Source: Girardia tigrina
Lineage: Eukaryota
Assembly (NCBI GenBank): GCA_001938485.1
Contig: MQRK01227526.1
Span: 1 to 64,000 of the forward strand
Reading direction: 5' to 3'
Length of the DNA stretch: 64,000 nt
Shown: positions 63,668 to 64,000 of the stretch, in pieces
How the letters are laid out: each line of letters starts with the position of its first letter
Numbering within the stretch: the first letter of the stretch is position 1
Program-made: the position numbers and the translations under genes
Notes under the pieces: generated by a model
The model's database searches: none
The model's input: only the letters and a program-made list of their open reading frames with translations
Told to the model about the DNA's origin: nothing

Positions 63668-64000
63668 TAGGTTGTTTAAAATATAATGTCGTATTTTGAA
63701 TGGTCCTGTTTTAAAATAAATCTTTATCATTTATTTATGTTTTATACATAATTTTATAGCTTATGTAAATCTCTATATTTCTATGATACTTTGTTTAAAT
63801 ATTAACTTTGAAATAACGTATTTATTTAAATAGTTTTCAATATGCAAAAAGCGCATTTAGGAGCAATGTTTTTATATGAATTCCAACTTGGCCACAAAGC
63901 ATCGGAGGCCGCCCGTAATATCAAAGGTACATTGGGTGATGGAACCACAAACGAACGTATGTTACAACGTTGGTTCAAAAAATTTCAAGAAGGAAATGAG
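63668..64000 (+). mobile_element. mariner element 5' end; transposase starts at 63842 and runs off the window
   Basis: TTAGGTTG TIR-like start; MQKAHLGAMFLYEFQLGHKASEAARNI...QRWFKKF HTH. Confidence 0.85.

Overview
Very AT-rich eukaryotic genomic DNA (standard code, 40-56 nt GT-AG introns, several N gaps), most consistent with a compact invertebrate or parasitic metazoan; the taxon cannot be fixed from this window. Most of the window is nested, decayed transposons: RTE LINEs, RLE-type non-LTR elements, several Gypsy/Ty3 elements (one full-length with both LTRs and a TSD), a Penelope element with a hammerhead ribozyme, hAT, MULE, pogo/Tigger, Tc1/mariner and Chapaev3-like DNA transposons. Host genes: a spliced neurexin/CASPR-like LamG-EGF-LamG gene (41528-47304+), a paralogous exon block at 7040-7740, a second spliced frame at 55636-56331, and intronless pseudogene fragments (CHD6-9/kismet chromodomains, SDR, RRM, RanBP2 finger). 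The best candidate for an undescribed system is an unclassified dispersed element: four copies of a 44-nt terminus (TGTTCGCGTTGTGATTGCCTTTGACC...GCCCAATTT), and three copies of a CACC-n-TTTGAA-n4-CCAAT motif plus GT-rich tract, each followed by different coding sequence (orphan ORFs or a CHD gene copy). Other oddities are TA...CA LTR termini, a PBS antisense to the 5' end of tRNA-Lys, two long fold-back palindromes, and a near-identical duplication bounded by splice sites. All calls were made by eye; no database searches were run.
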